Below, in pieces: positions 50,771-64,000 of a stretch of DNA of 64,000 nucleotides. Position 1 is the stretch's first letter. Every line of letters starts with the position of its first letter. The stretch is from Anthoceros angustus (taxonomy: Eukaryota > Plantae > Anthocerotophyta). The notes under the pieces are model-generated. The model was not told the DNA's origin and did not search any database. It was given only the letters and a program-made list of their open reading frames with translations. The position numbers and the translations under genes are program-made. Where the stretch lies: contig VJWM01000266.1 in the NCBI GenBank assembly GCA_010909165.1, positions 1 to 64,000 of the forward strand. The letters run 5' to 3'.

Positions 50771-50922
50771 CTTGAGCCATGGCTGGAGGAAGCGGAGGAT
50801 TAGTCGAAGGTGGCATAGGCGTGTTCGGTATACGGGCGTTCGGATGTCACTACAGTGCAGGAGTTCCGGAAGATGTTGGCTGGCCAACAAGGAGGTTCGG
50901 TCCAAGAACCTCGGAGGATCAG

Positions 50923-53900
50923 TGTGGTAGGAAAACTCAGGGTCCTCCCACTATAAGCCACACTTATCCTTTGTCGCTTCGTCGTTGGGTTTCGTCCCAT
51001 GAGACTTGTGTGAAAGTTCGAGGTCTTGTGATGCCGTCGCTACTGCGGAGACACAACTTCTCGCCTTCTCAACAAGCAAGGCGCCTCTACTCTCCCTCTT
51101 TTACGGTGCACTTGCCTTGCTTGAAAAATCGCCAATCCTCGACCTACAGCGACACACAATTGCGCCTTGGTGAGGAGCCTATCACGGGCGCCCAGGGACC
51201 CCGATCCACCGATTTTGTCCCTACTTCTAAGACCACTCTTCTCCACTCGGGGGGCTCTTTTACTTGCAGTTGGGATTCGTCCCTTAGGCTCACTGTGGCC
51301 TTCCACTAACACCTACACCTCTAATCCTCTACTCATCTCCTCATCCTCTTCCTCCTATTCTAACCTCGATTCGGGCTTCTTGGGACTCGCCCTTACAGCT
51401 GGCACAGGGTCGGCCTCCACCAAGTTCTTCCTTGGGCGGTTGCTATGAGTTTGACACCGAGAACCTCGAGTCTTTCACTGTAGTCTACCCTCAAGCGAGT
51501 TCACAGGCATTGCCACACACCCAAAGCAAAGCAATTTCACAGCAACCATTCACAAGGGGAACTCGTTTAGGCACTTGCGTGAGCAAGTCCTCCACCAAGC
51601 ACTCCGACCACGACTTCCTCTCTACGAATTGCGTTGGCTCACGGTACACGAAATTCCTCTGTAATGGCAAAGGACTCGATGAGGTGGGCGCAAGACATGA
51701 TACTTTACTTTGTGAAATCCTCCTCCTCTTATAGGAGGCCTTCCACATACAACCTCCCTTAGGTGACCCTCTGCGGTCACCTTTTCCAATTTTCTATTAT
51801 TTCCTACACTTGACATTTAAGGCACAGCATCTATTATTTCCTTGGTAAATTCTATTCTAGTAACTTCACCTAAGATCATCCTTAAAGGATGTCAGTCTAC
51901 ACCACCTATCCTTCCCATTCCCCAAAGCTCATTTATGGTCATTGACCATTCTCAGTCCTTATCTTGCTGGGGTGGCGACGTGTCCTTGTGGATTGGCTCC
52001 CTCGCCCTCCTTTTGCTCCTGTCCCTTCCCCAGATCCTGTCGTCTTCCTAATGTGTGGGGCAAGTACAATTCTGCCCCTTCCTCCATCTCCGCGGGGCGG
52101 CGCCCTGATTCCTCTGGTCCTCCAGCAATCGCGCCCCCCTCCGCGCGCTCAGGCGCCTTTTCTCCAGCCTCCGCGCTGGTCGCGCCCGTCATCGGCACCC
52201 TACCCGGTGATCGCGGACTACGGGGTGGACCTACCATGGTAGTCGACCCTTTTCCTTCTTTCTCCATCTTGCCTCTTGGGTTGGAATCTTCCAGCTCCTT
52301 TCCTCTTGTTTAATTTGTCCATACCTATCATGAGCATCTTCAAAGGTCTTCCTCCCCAATTGTCGGTGATGTCTAACTTGGGCCCTTTTGCATTGGACTC
52401 TTCCCACAGCCTGGCTCTTCCCTTATCGTGGGAACTTCTCACCCCTCCCCTTCCTCGGTGGGACCGTCTTTAGTCTCCTCCGGTGGGGTTGTCTCCCACC
52501 ACCTCTTGCTCCTCAGGGGTATACTGGACCCCGGCTCCTTCATCCTCGGCCGGGCCTTGGCCCGACTCCCAGCTCTGCGCCCGCGGTCACCCCTCGGTGA
52601 TCAGCGGACTACGGCGTGGTGTGTCTACCACGGTGGCACAGCGGACTATTGGTGGTCACCTACGTGAGGTTGACCCCCCCTCCTTGCTCTCGCGCCATCT
52701 TCCACCTTGGCTCACGGCTCCTTCTCCGACTCCTCAGTTCCTCGGAGTCCATTTGATGGCCTCATCAAAATCGGAGGCCTCTGGCTGCACTTCTGACTCC
52801 TTCATCATCATGAGGACCCAATGTCCTCCTCTTGGCCAAGCAACACTCATTGTTGGCCTTCAAAATCTATTGTGGAGGTGAGCCCCAAGCTATGATATTG
52901 CATTTGGAGATCATCAATCTCAGTGGGCCACTCTCCATCTTCACCTACCTTGTAGGCGTCCCTTGAGGTGGTCAATTCCCCACCTTGACATGGAGGTCAC
53001 ATTCTCCTCCCTCACTTCCTTTTGGTTGGCCATTTTGCGAAGGGCATAGTCCGCCAAAATCTCTTTCTCACCACGACATCATGCACCACCTTCTTGTGGT
53101 GCTCCTCCTCTTGGAACCTCCTTTGTTCCGCTCATTGTTGCTTGGCAAGTCTCTCCTCTCCTCACTTGCACTCTTTTCGCTCAACTCTTGCAGTCTTGGT
53201 CTTGAGCCTCCGCTCAGCGCTTCTCTTCCAAATTGTCTGGGTCCGGATTCCTCTTCCATGTCCGGATCTTGATGGCTTGGGTAGCCATCACACTCTCTTG
53301 CGTCCAATTCTTTGGACCGCTACCTTCTCCAGAGCCTCTGTTTTGCCCTTCGCTCTTGCTCTAATTGGGCAAAGTGCTCCTCATATACGCCTCCATGAAT
53401 CCCGTTGGGTTGTTGCGAATGGCTCTCTCTTGACTGCGACAACCTTCCCTCTAGGACCTTCTCCGCTCTCCATGGTCACGGTGGAGCTTCTCTGACCTTT
53501 TCGGCTTGGCTGCCTTCTCGTCGGACTCCATGGCCTCCAATTGCCATTTGGTCTGCCTTCCTCCGGCCATGTCTTGGGCTTTCACTTCCTCTTGGCATGC
53601 CCACAAGGAGGCTGCTCCTAGCCCCTTCAAATCCACATGGTGAGTGCTTCACAAGCACTCGGCCAATTCTCCTAGGGGTCCTTTGTTCTTGAAATCTCAG
53701 CTCCTTGCCTCCGGCCATCAGCGGCGGGTCCCCTCACGTCGCTCCATCCGCTCTTCCTCCAAGCGGGTGGTGGTGCGCCTCGCCTCGGCGCTTCTCCTTC
53801 CCTTCCTACCGCAGGCTGCACTGGCGTGGGGTGCCTCTGTGGTGGCTGCTCCCCCGGTGATGCCTACCTATGGTGGGCGGCTCTGCAGTGATCCACCCTT

Positions 53901-56900
53901 GGGTGCCTCCCTCTGGGTAGGGGGTGCCTCCACGTAGGCACAAAGAGATGGTGGGGACTCCCCACCCTTGGGGCATCACCCCTCCTGGTAGTCCTCCTCT
54001 CATAGACTACCATTCGGCCTTCCTCGGCGGTTCTGTTCCTCCTCTTTCTTGCTCTGTGGGAAAGATTCCCACTCGGCAACCTTGTTGCCTCCATCCTCCT
54101 CCTTGCTCTAGCATGCTTGTGGAGTCGACCTCCCTTGTCTTCCTCAATGCAAAGGCAAGGCCTTTCAAGCTTGGTGGAGATGGATTATCTCAAAGGATGC
54201 CAGCATCTTCCAACTCCTTGCTTGTGAGAAGTCCCTCGGTTTCCCACAAATGCACCAAATAGGTGCTAAGGTAGCAGGCCTTGGCCTTCCTCATCCCAAT
54301 TTGGCTTGAGGAGCTTCTCGGTGGTGGATGTAGGCCTCATACATGATGGTGCCCCAATCGGCTTGGCTCCTCTTGAATCTTCCACAAAAATTGGAGGAAG
54401 TTGGTGCTTTGAAATAAGGTTGGTAATTTACCAACGGCACAATCTTTGAAGAGCCTCCACTTGACTCCTTGATGCTCTCTTCCAGCCATTCTTGGCGTGG
54501 GCCTTTCCAAGCTTGGCTGAGATGGATTATCTCAAAGGATGCCAAGCATCTTCCAACTCCTTGCTTGTGAAGCCCTTCCGTTTCCCACAAATGCACCAAA
54601 TAGGTGCTAAGGTAGAGGGCCTTGGCCTTCCTCATCCACGAATTTGGCTTGAGGAGCTTCTCGGTGGTGGATGTAGGCCTCATACATGATGGTGTCAATA
54701 AACTTGGCTCCTCTTGAATCTTCCACAAAAATTGGAGGAAGTTGGTGCTGAAATAAGGTTGGTAATTTACCAACGCACAATCTTTGAAGAGCCTCCACTT
54801 GACTCCTTGATGCTCTCTTCCAGCCATTCTTGGCGTGGGCCTTCACTCCTCCATCCATCATGTCGAGGAGCTCTTGCGGAATGTCGGAGGCCGTCCTCTT
54901 CCCTCCATTCGACCTTTCGAGGAGAGCAATTCCAGCTCTCCTCTTCTCCTCCGTACTTGCCTAATGCCGGACATCCGTGAGGATCGTTCGAGCATTCCTC
55001 TCGGCAGGCGGCGCCTTGGATTGATGGAGGTTGATGAAACACTCCTCAATCAATTCCAAATTAGTGTAGGCCCATTGGCGTATACACCCATCAATTGGAT
55101 GTTGTCTCCTACGCCTTGCACGAAATCTAAATCCACGGGGTTGAGCTGCACCGCAAAACACGTAAATTGGGGCATTACAAGCTCATTTCCCACAGCGGCG
55201 CTGCTGCCGCCTTCTTCTCTTGCCTCCTGTAGGCACAAGGAGATGGTGGGGACTCCCCCCACCCTTGGGGCATCACCCCTCCTGGTAGTCCTCCTCTCAT
55301 AGACTACCATTCGGCCTTCCTCGGCCGGTTCTTCTCTCCTCTTGCTTGCTCACAGGGGAAAGATTCCCACTCGGCAACCTTGTTGCCTCCACATCCTCCT
55401 CCCTTGCTCTAGCATGCTTGTGGAGTCGACCTCCCCGTCTTCCTCAATGCAAAGGCAAGGCCTTTCCAACTTGGTGGAGATGGATTATCTCAGAAGGATG
55501 CCAAGCATCTTCCAACTCCTTGCTTGTGAGAAGTCCCTCGGTTTCCCACAAATGCACCAAATAGGTGCTAAGGTAGCAGGCCTTGGCCTTCCTCATCCAC
55601 GAATTTGGCTTGAGGAGCTTCTCGGTGGTGGATGTAGGCCTCATACATGATGGTGCCCCAATCGGCTTGGCTCCTCGAAATCTTCCACAAAAATTGGAGG
55701 AAGTTGGTGCTTTGAAATAAAGTCGTTGGTAATTTACCAACGCACAATCTTTGCGAGCCTCCACTTGACTCCTTGATGCTCTCTCTTCCAGCCATTCTTG
55801 GCGTGGGCCTTCACTCCTCCATCCATCATGTCGAGGAGCTCTTGCGGAATGTCGGAGGCCGTCCTCTTCCCTCCATTCGACCTTTCGAGGAGAGCAATTC
55901 CAGCTCTCCTCTTCTCCTCCGTACTTGCCTAATGCCGGACATCCGTGAGGATCGTTCGAGCATTCCTCTCGGCAGGCGGCGCCTTGGATTGATGGAGGTT
56001 GATGAAACACTCCTCAATCAATTCCAAATTAGTGTAGGCCATTGGCGGCCATACACCCATCCCAATTGGATGTTGTCTCCTACGCCTTGCACGAAATCTA
56101 AATCCACGGGGTTGAGCTGCCCTGCAAAACACGTGAATTGGGGCATTACAAGCTCATTTCCCCCTGGCGGCGCAGCCTCTGCTGCCGCCTTCTTCTTCTT
56201 GCCTCCTTGCGAGGAAGAACCCTTGGCAGGCGGCTCCTTCCCTTTGCTTTTCCCAGCTCGAGGCATGGTGCTTGGCTCCTCTCAAGTGCTTCAAAAAGGA
56301 GGAAATCACTTCCCAACGGGAGAGCTTAAAAGTTCCACACCTCCGCGCACCTCTTCCTTATGGTGGTAGCACGCCCTCTCTGCAGCACACGTTAGCCCTG
56401 GGTTGAATCTTCCAGCTGCCGCCAATTTCCTCTCGCGACTTCCAGGCGGGGGGCGCATGGTGAAGCAATCAGGCTCCTTCACCTTTTGACTTCTTGGTCC
56501 CCACTTTCGATGCTCAAGCCTATGGTTCCGGCTTTAGACTCGTCTCGCACCGGCGTTTGTGGCGCTCCTCACGGTTGCACGAGCTCGAAAAACTTCCACG
56601 CTCGGGATCTTGGGTGTCTTCTCTTCGCTCCCACCACGCTGGTGGGGCTCTCTTTCTTTCCTCGGCGGTTCACTTCCTCTCTTTCTTGCTCACAGTGGGA
56701 AAGATTCCCACTCCGGCAACCTTGTTGCCTCCACATCCTCCTCCTTGCTCCTAGCATGCTTGTGGAGTCGACCTCCCTTGTCTTCCTCAATGCAAAGGCA
56801 AGGCCTTTCCAAGCTTGGTGGAGATGGATTATCTCAAAGGATGCCAAGCATCTTCCAACTCCTTGCTTGTGAAGCCCTTCCGTTTCCCACAAATGCACCA

Positions 56901-58145
56901 AATAGGTGCTAAGGTAGCAGAGGCCCTTCCTCATCCACGAATTTGGCTTGAGGAGCTTCTCGGTGGTGGATGTAGGCCTCATACATGATGGTGCCCCAAT
57001 CGGCTTGGCTCCTCTTGAATCTTCCACAAAAATTGCAGGAAGTTGGTGCTGAAATAGGACGTCCTCTGGTAATTTACCAACCCCAACACAATCTTCGCGA
57101 AGAGCCTCCACTTCAGCTCCTTGATGCTCTCTGTTTTCCAGCCATTCTTGGCGTGGGCCTTTACTCCTCCGTCCATCATGTCGAGGAGCTCCTGCGGAAT
57201 GTCGGAGAGGGCCGTCCTCTTCCCTCCATTCGACCTTTCGAGGAGAGCAATTCCGGAGCTCTCCTCTTCTGGCCTCCCGTAAACTTGCCTAATGCTTCGG
57301 ACTGTCCAACAGCGGGGATCAGTTCGAGCATTCCTCTCCGGCAAGGCGGCAAGGGCTGCTTCCGATTGATGGAGGTTGATGAAACACTCCTCAATCAATT
57401 CCAAATTGGTGTAGGCCCATTGGCGGCCATACACCCATCCCAATTGGATGTTGTCTCCTACCTTTGCCCGAAATCCACTAAATCACGGGGTTGAGCTGCC
57501 CTGCAAAACACGTGAATTGGGGCATTACAAGCTCATTTCCCCACGGCGGTGACCTCTGCTGCGCCTTCTTCTCTTGCCTCCCTTGAGGAAGAACCCTTGG
57601 CAGGCGGCTCCTTCCCTTTGCTTTTTCCAGCTCGAGGCATGGTGCTTGGCTCCTCTCAAGTGCTTCAAAGGAGGAAATCACTTCCCAGGAGAGCTTAAAG
57701 TTCCACCTCACGCACCTCTTCCTTGTGTGGTGGTAGCACGCCCTCTCTGCCTACGTTAGCCACAGTTTGAATCTTCCAGTGCCAATTTCCTCGCGACTTC
57801 CGGCGGGGTGAGCAATCGGGGGCTCCTTCACCTTTTGACTTCTTGGTCCCCACTTTCGATGCTCGACCTATGGTTCCGGCTTTAGCTCGTCTGACACCGG
57901 CGTTTGTGGCGCTCCTCACGGTTGCACGAGCTCGAAAAACTTCCGCTCCGGGATGTTGGATGTCTTCTCTTCCGCTCCACGCTCGGTGGGGCTCTCTTTC
58001 TTTCCTCGGCGGTTCTTCCTCTTATGCGGCGGCAGCGGCGATAGCGATGGCGGCTTACACTCCTCCTTCACTTTCTTCTCCTTCTCCTCCGTCCCAGCTT
58101 CAGTCCGTGTGAAGTGAGGCTGTCGCACTTTGCCCTCCTTAGATG
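50923..58145 (-). mobile_element. Family C copy 3, with the leader/extra ORF block repeated several times (53.9-58.1 kb)
   Basis: RT/PR/gag blocks match copy 1. The leader restarts at about 54501, 55216 and 56665 (ORFs 54858..55049 and 55826..56017 are identical). Confidence 0.8.
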
Positions 58146-58148
58146 TAT

Positions 58149-58634
58149 GCCCCTTTTGTGAGGTGGGGCGGTCCTTGTGATTAGCGACAAAAACATTACG
58201 AACCCTGACACTAGGCCTCCAAGTAGCCCGCCGTCCTTCCGCAGGACGACTCGCGGTCGGCACATGCGCTGCTATTTATTCCGACAAGTCCATGAGAATA
58301 CATGAGAGATCGGAGAGCTCCCCATCTTTGCCTAAGCTAGGAGCTTAGCTCTCTCCTAGATCTCCTCCTCAGCTCTCCTCTAGCACGCTCACACTCTAGG
58401 CTCCCAAAGCCTCTAGGCACCAAGTCCTATCCTCACAGAGTGTAGCTCCCAGCTGCTGGGATCACAAGATATCTCCTCTAGGGCTAGCCTCATCTCCTTA
58501 TATGGGAGGCTTGTCATTTCAAAGTAAGCGCTAAAAGCGGACTTTCTTCCTTAAGCCCTAAGCTAAGTCTTACCACCACTACTTACAACTTACTAACTAG
58601 ATCCGGTGCATGCTTCTCATGCAAGGCTCGTTAC
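58149..58634 (-). repeat. LTR2 copy
   Basis: Matches 60058-60529. Confidence 0.82.
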
Positions 58635-60057
58635 TTTCTCCCCATTGGGAAAGATTCCCACTCCGGCAACCTTGTTGCCTCCATCCTCCTCTTGCTCTAG
58701 CATGCTTGTGGAGGTCGACCTCCCGTCTTCCTCAATGCAAAGGCAAGGCCTTTCAAGCTTGGTGGAGATGGATGATCTCAAAGGATGCCAAGCATCTTCA
58801 ACTCCTTGCTTGTGAAGTCCCTCGGTTTCCCACAAATGCACCAAATAGGTGCTAAGGTAGAGCCTTGGCCTTCCTCATCCACGAATTTGGCTTGAGGAGC
58901 TTCTCGGTGGTGGATGTAGGCCTCATACATGATGGTGCCCCAATCGGCTTGGCTCCTCTTGAATCTTCCACAAAAATTGGAGGAAGTTGGTGCTTTGAAA
59001 TAAAGTGCGTTGGTAATTTACCAACCCCGGCACAATCTTTGCGAAGAGCCTCCACTTGACTCCTTGATGCTCTCTTTCCAGCCATTCTTGGCGTGGGCCT
59101 TCACTCCTCCATCCATCATGTCGAGGAACTCTTGCGGAATGTCGGAGGGCCGTCCTCTTCCTCCATTCGACCTTTCGAGGAGAGCAATTCGAGCTCTCCT
59201 CTTCTCCTTCTCCTCCGTACTTGCCTAATGCTTGGTCCAGCGGATCGTTCGAGCATTCCTCTCCGCAAGCGGCACTTCCGATTGATGGAGGTTGATGAAA
59301 CACTCCTCAATCAATTCCAAATTAGTGTAGGCCATTGGCGGCCATACACCCATCAGTGGATGTTGTCTTCCTCGCCTTGCACGAAATCCACTAAATCCAC
59401 GGGGTTGAGCTGCAAAACACGTGAATTGGGGCATTACAAGCTCATTTCCCAGGTAGCACCTCTGCCGCCTTCTTCTCCTTGCCTCCTCGCGAGGAAGAAC
59501 CCATGGCGGTGGCTCCTTCCCTTTGCTTTTCCCCACTCGAGGCATGGTGCTCTCTCCAAGTGCTTCAAAGGAAATCACTTCCCAGCAGGAGGCTTAAAGT
59601 TCCACACCTCGCACCTCTTCTTGTGGTGGTAGCACGCCCTCTCTGACCCACACGTTAGCCACAGTTTGAATCTTCCAGTGCCACCAATTTCCTCTCGCGA
59701 CTTCAGGCGGGCGCGGTAAACAATCGGGGCTCCTTCACCTTTTGACTTCTTGTCACACTTTCGATGCTCACCTATGGTTCCGGCTTTAGCTCGTCTCTGA
59801 CACCCGGCGTTTGTGGCGCTCCTCCCAGTTGCACGAGCTCGAAAAACTTCCACGCTCCGGGATGGGTGTCTTCCTCTTCGCTCCCACCACGCATGGGGCT
59901 CTCTTTCTTTCCTCGGCTGGTCGTCTTCCTCTTGCGGGCAGCGGCGATAGCGATGGCGGCTTACACTCCTCCTTCACTTTCTTCTCCTTCCTCCGTCCCA
60001 ACTTGATTCGTCGCGAAGTGGAGGAGGCGCCAGTCACTTTGCCCTCCTTAGATGCCT
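58635..60057 (-). mobile_element. Further family C leader/extra-ORF block
   Basis: Same NELVMPQFTCF / YTNLELIEECF ORF fragments. Confidence 0.78.
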
Positions 60058-60529
60058 TGTAACACCCCTTTTGAGTGGGGCGATCCTTGATTAGCGACAA
60101 AACATTACGGACACAGCACTAGGCCTCCAAGTAGCCCGTCCTTCCAGGACGACTCGCGATCGCACATCGCGCTATTTATTCAAGTCAACAAGAATACATG
60201 AGAGATCGAGAGAGCTCCCCATCTTTGCCTAAGCTAGGAGCTTAGCTCTCTCGATCTCCTCCTCAGCTCTCCTCTAGCACGCTCACACTCTAGGCTCCCA
60301 AAGCCTCTAGGCACCAAAGTCCTATCCTCACAAGAGTGTAGCTCCCAAGTGCTAGGATCACAAGATATCTCCTCTAGGGCTAGCCTCATCTCCTTATATA
60401 GGAGGCTTACATCATTTCAAAGTAAGCGCTAAGCGGACTTTCTTCCTTAAGCCCTAAGCTAAGTCTTACCACCACTACTTACAACTTACTAACTAGATCC
60501 AGTGCATGCTTCTCATGCAAGGCTGTTAC
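60058..60529 (-). repeat. LTR2 (about 470 bp), with PPT at 60531-60539
   Basis: Termini tgtaaca...tgttac form an inverted repeat. TATA-like cctatataagg on the minus strand. Minus-strand tggggagaa lies just upstream. Confidence 0.88.
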
Positions 60530-60530
60530 T

Positions 60531-61300
60531 TTCTCCCCATCGAAAAGAATCACATCTCGATGATAGCCAACGTGTCGAGAGATCATCCAGATCCTTTACG
60601 AATATCCTCTAACGTTACCCAAAGCTGGATCGAGATCCCATAACTTTACCATATCTTTGTGGGCGATTCCCGTTTAAATGAAACGCTACTCTCGCAAGGA
60701 ATTCCTCAATTTCCAGTCCTTGATTATCTTTGCACGAGAACACATACTTCTTCTTGTCCATGTCTTCTTTCTCTTTGCAGCACAAATGGTTTCGGTAGAT
60801 GATACATGAAACACATTGTGTGCAAAAATCCATTCGAGCGTTGTAACTTGTAAGCCACTTCTCCAATGCGCTTCAAGACTACAAATGGACCACCATATCT
60901 TGGCCTTAACTTAAGAGTTAATCCTTGAGGTAATGGGAAATGCTTCAATTTCACCCATACTTTATCCCCAATGTTGAAACGGTTTCTCTCGTGCCTATCA
61001 GCATCATTTGGCGTGCTTGAGCCTTGGCTAAAATTCCTTTGGCAATCTCATGCCTAGCCTTCAAGCTGCTCAATGAATCGTGGATCTCTAGTGGTAGTAT
61101 CGAAAACTTCAGCATTTAGCATGGATACAGCGTCCGGTCTTGAATTCCTCCCATCTCAAAGGACTACATCCAGAGAGGCGTATGCGGTGTTGTTATAACA
61201 AAATTACGCATCGTCTAGATGATCAGGTCAATCCCTCGATCAATCGCACATAATGCCTTAAGTATTCTTCTTGGATTGATTTCATTTCGATTGAGCCATC
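60531..61300 (-). pseudogene. Chromovirus integrase C-terminus with chromodomain (duplicated copy)
   Basis: KLRPRYGGPFVVLKRIGEVAYKL, then EIEEFLAR...VK...W. Confidence 0.78.
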
Positions 61301-61597
61301 GATGCTCACCTATGGTTCCGGCTTTAGCTCGTCTCTGACACCCGGCGTTTGTGGCGCTCCTCCCAGTTGCACGAGCTCGAAAAACTTCCACGCTCCGGAT
61401 GGGTGTCTTCCTCTTCGCTCCCACCACGCTCGGTGGGGCTCTCTTTCTTTCCTCGGCTGGTCGTCTTCCTCTTGCGGGCAGCGGCGATAGCGATGGCGGC
61501 TTACACTCCTCCTTCACTTTCTTCTCCTTCCTCCGTCCCAACTTGATTCGTCGCGAAGTGGAGGAGGCGCCAGTCACTTTGCCCTCCTTAGATGCCT

Positions 61598-62069
61598 TGT
61601 AACACCCCTTTTGAGTGGGGCGATCCTTGATTAGCGACAAAACATTACGGACACAGCACTAGGCCTCCAAGTAGCCCGTCCTTCCAGGACGACTCGCGAT
61701 CGCACATCGCGCTATTTATTCAAGTCAACAAGAATACATGAGAGATCGAGAGAGCTCCCCATCTTTGCCTAAGCTAGGAGCTTAGCTCTCTCGATCTCCT
61801 CCTCAGCTCTCCTCTAGCACGCTCACACTCTAGGCTCCCAAAGCCTCTAGGCACCAAAGTCCTATCCTCACAAGAGTGTAGCTCCCAAGTGCTAGGATCA
61901 CAAGATATCTCCTCTAGGGCTAGCCTCATCTCCTTATATAGGAGGCTTACATCATTTCAAAGTAAGCGCTAAGCGGACTTTCTTCCTTAAGCCCTAAGCT
62001 AAGTCTTACCACCACTACTTACAACTTACTAACTAGATCCAGTGCATGCTTCTCATGCAAGGCTGTTAC
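61598..62069 (-). repeat. LTR2 copy (in a 1540-bp tandem duplication)
   Basis: Essentially identical to 60058-60529. 61301-61597 repeats 59763-60057. Confidence 0.88.
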
Positions 62070-62070
62070 T

Positions 62071-63300
62071 TTCTCCCCATCGAAAAGAATCACATCTCGA
62101 TGATAGCCAACGACGAGAGATCATCCAGATCCTTTCAATATCCTCTAACGTTACCCAAAGCTGGATCGAGATCCCACGCAACTTTACCATATCGTGGGAT
62201 TCCACGTTTTGTAGGCACGCTACTCTCGCAAGGAATTCCTCAATTTCCATCCTTGATTATCTTTGCACGAGAACACATACTTCTTCTTGTCCATGTCTTC
62301 TTTCTCTTTGCACGGCACAAATGGTTTCGATGATACATGAAACACATTGTGTGCAAAAATCCATTCAGCTAACTTAAGCCACTTCTCCAATGCGCTTCAA
62401 GACTACAAATGGACCACCATATCTTGGCCTTAACTTAAGAGTTAATCCTTGAGGTAATGGGAAATGCTTCAATTTCACCCATACTTTATCCCCAACGTTG
62501 AAGACGTTTCTCTCCCGTGCTATCGATATTTCTTACGTGCTTGAGCCTTGGCTAAAATTCCTTTGGCAATCTCATGCCTAGCCTTCAAGCGCTCAATGAA
62601 TCGTGGATCTCTAGTGGTAGTATCGAAAACTTCAGCATTTAGCATGGATACCACGTCCGGTCAATTTCCTCCCATCTCAAAGGACTACATCCAGAGAGGC
62701 GTATGCGTGTTGTTATAACAAAATTGCATCGTCTAGATGATCATCAATCCCTCGATCAATGCACATAATGCCTTAAGTATTCTTCTTGGATTCGGTTGAC
62801 TCGCTCAGTTGAGCCATCAGTATCCGGATGGAAAGCTGTGCTCATACATAATTCCACATTCAAGCATTTCATCAAATGCTGTCAAAATTCTCTTGTGAAC
62901 CTTGGATCCCTGTCACTCACAATCTGAATAGGTAAGCCATGATACTTGTATATATACTTCTTAAACAAGCTGGCTACCTCAGAAGCTGTCACTCGCTTCT
63001 TTGTAGGGATGAAATGTGCTTGTTTGGTGAATCTATCCACCCTTGTCATGATGTGGCAACCAACATTCTTTGAGGGGCAAAGGCATGATAAAATCCATAG
63101 AGATACTCTTCCAAGGTCCACTTGGAATAGGTAGAAAGTAACAAACCTCTTGGTTTAGCTTGCTCCACCTTATCTTCTTCAAGCAGCACATGCCTTGACA
63201 TAATCCACGTATCTGATACATTCTCGGCCGATCGCTTCCTTAGCTTCTCATAAGTGGGGTCAATTCCACGGTTACACTTGGCACATCATGACATTCGACC
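62071..63300 (-). pseudogene. Element F chromovirus integrase with chromodomain
   Basis: LPIPSGPWKSISMDFIMPLP, VDRFTKQAHFIPTK, KYHGLPIQIVSDRDPRFTREF, STAFHPDTDGST (frameshifted), GPF module, EIEEFLAR chromodomain at about 62090-62250. Confidence 0.88.
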
Positions 63301-63399
63301 AAGCAATTTGCTCTTCAACTACGAAAATTTGGGATCACAATCCTCCTCTGTTTGTATATCAACAAACCATCCCTCGATTTGAACTTGCTTCCTTTCGCT

Positions 63400-63850
63400 C
63401 TATTCCATTAATCCGATCACGAACATGGATCCTGAGGATATGCTTCCTTGATCTTTGTGAGTGTCCATAGGTTCAACCAGCATTGCCATTGCCTTTACTT
63501 CGACTCTTTTGCGACTCGGTATCCGCAACCTTATTCTCTTTTCGAGGTTTATACTTGAGGTGACATCATACATAGCTAGGAAATCTTGCCATCTAGCTTG
63601 TCTTGCATTCAACTTCAATGGTTAGAAGTATGTTGTCTTGATATTATCGATATAGAGCACAAAAGATCGCCAAGAGATAGTGTCTCCATACCTTGAGACA
63701 ATGAATGGCGGTCATTTCCTTCTCATAGGTGGGATACTTCAACTTATAAGGATGCAATTTCCTTGACTCAAAAGCTATTGGCTTATGGTCTTGCATCAAC
63801 ACTCCTCCTATGGCCACGTCACGAGGCATGTTGTACCTTGACATAATCCA
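63400..63850 (-). pseudogene. Element F RNase H
   Basis: AIGGVLMQDHKPIAFESRKL...YPTYEKEMTAI.HCLKVWRHYLL; KLNARQARWQDFLAMYD. Confidence 0.92.
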
Positions 63851-64000
63851 CTGTATCTTGATACATTCCGGCCGAAAAAGCCTTCCTTAGCTTCTCATAA
63901 GTGGGGTCAATTCCACGGTGACTGCACTTGGCACATCATGACATTCAAGCAATTTGCTCTTCAACTCAAGAATTTGGGATCACAATCCTCCTCTGTTTGT

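Overview
This is transposon-dense eukaryotic DNA, most likely from the green-plant/streptophyte lineage (inferred from the TE lineages present). I find no intact host gene, rRNA, tRNA or CRISPR array. The window is a nest of Ty3/gypsy LTR retrotransposons from three lineages, plus a Sola1-like DDD transposase remnant and a probable decayed LINE. The highlight is element A (about 2.5-11.2 kb, +). Its pol carries a complete DNMT3-type C5-cytosine methyltransferase domain between the protease and the RT, and its integrase ends in a PHD finger, so a methylation writer and a histone reader are encoded in one element. Other elements are two Athila/Tat-type elements (B at 12.3-18.5 kb, -; D at 36.6-47.2 kb, +, split by a nested insertion) and a chromovirus-type family (C/F). 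C/F has an extra ORF upstream of gag, occurs in several copies and appears under two different LTRs. Caveats: almost every ORF is broken by 1-bp indels, and there are about 14 tandem duplications of 0.3-1.5 kb with microhomology junctions, some with base-identical copies. This points to a noisy long-read consensus or mis-assembly, so domains were reconstructed by eye across frameshifts and coordinates are approximate.
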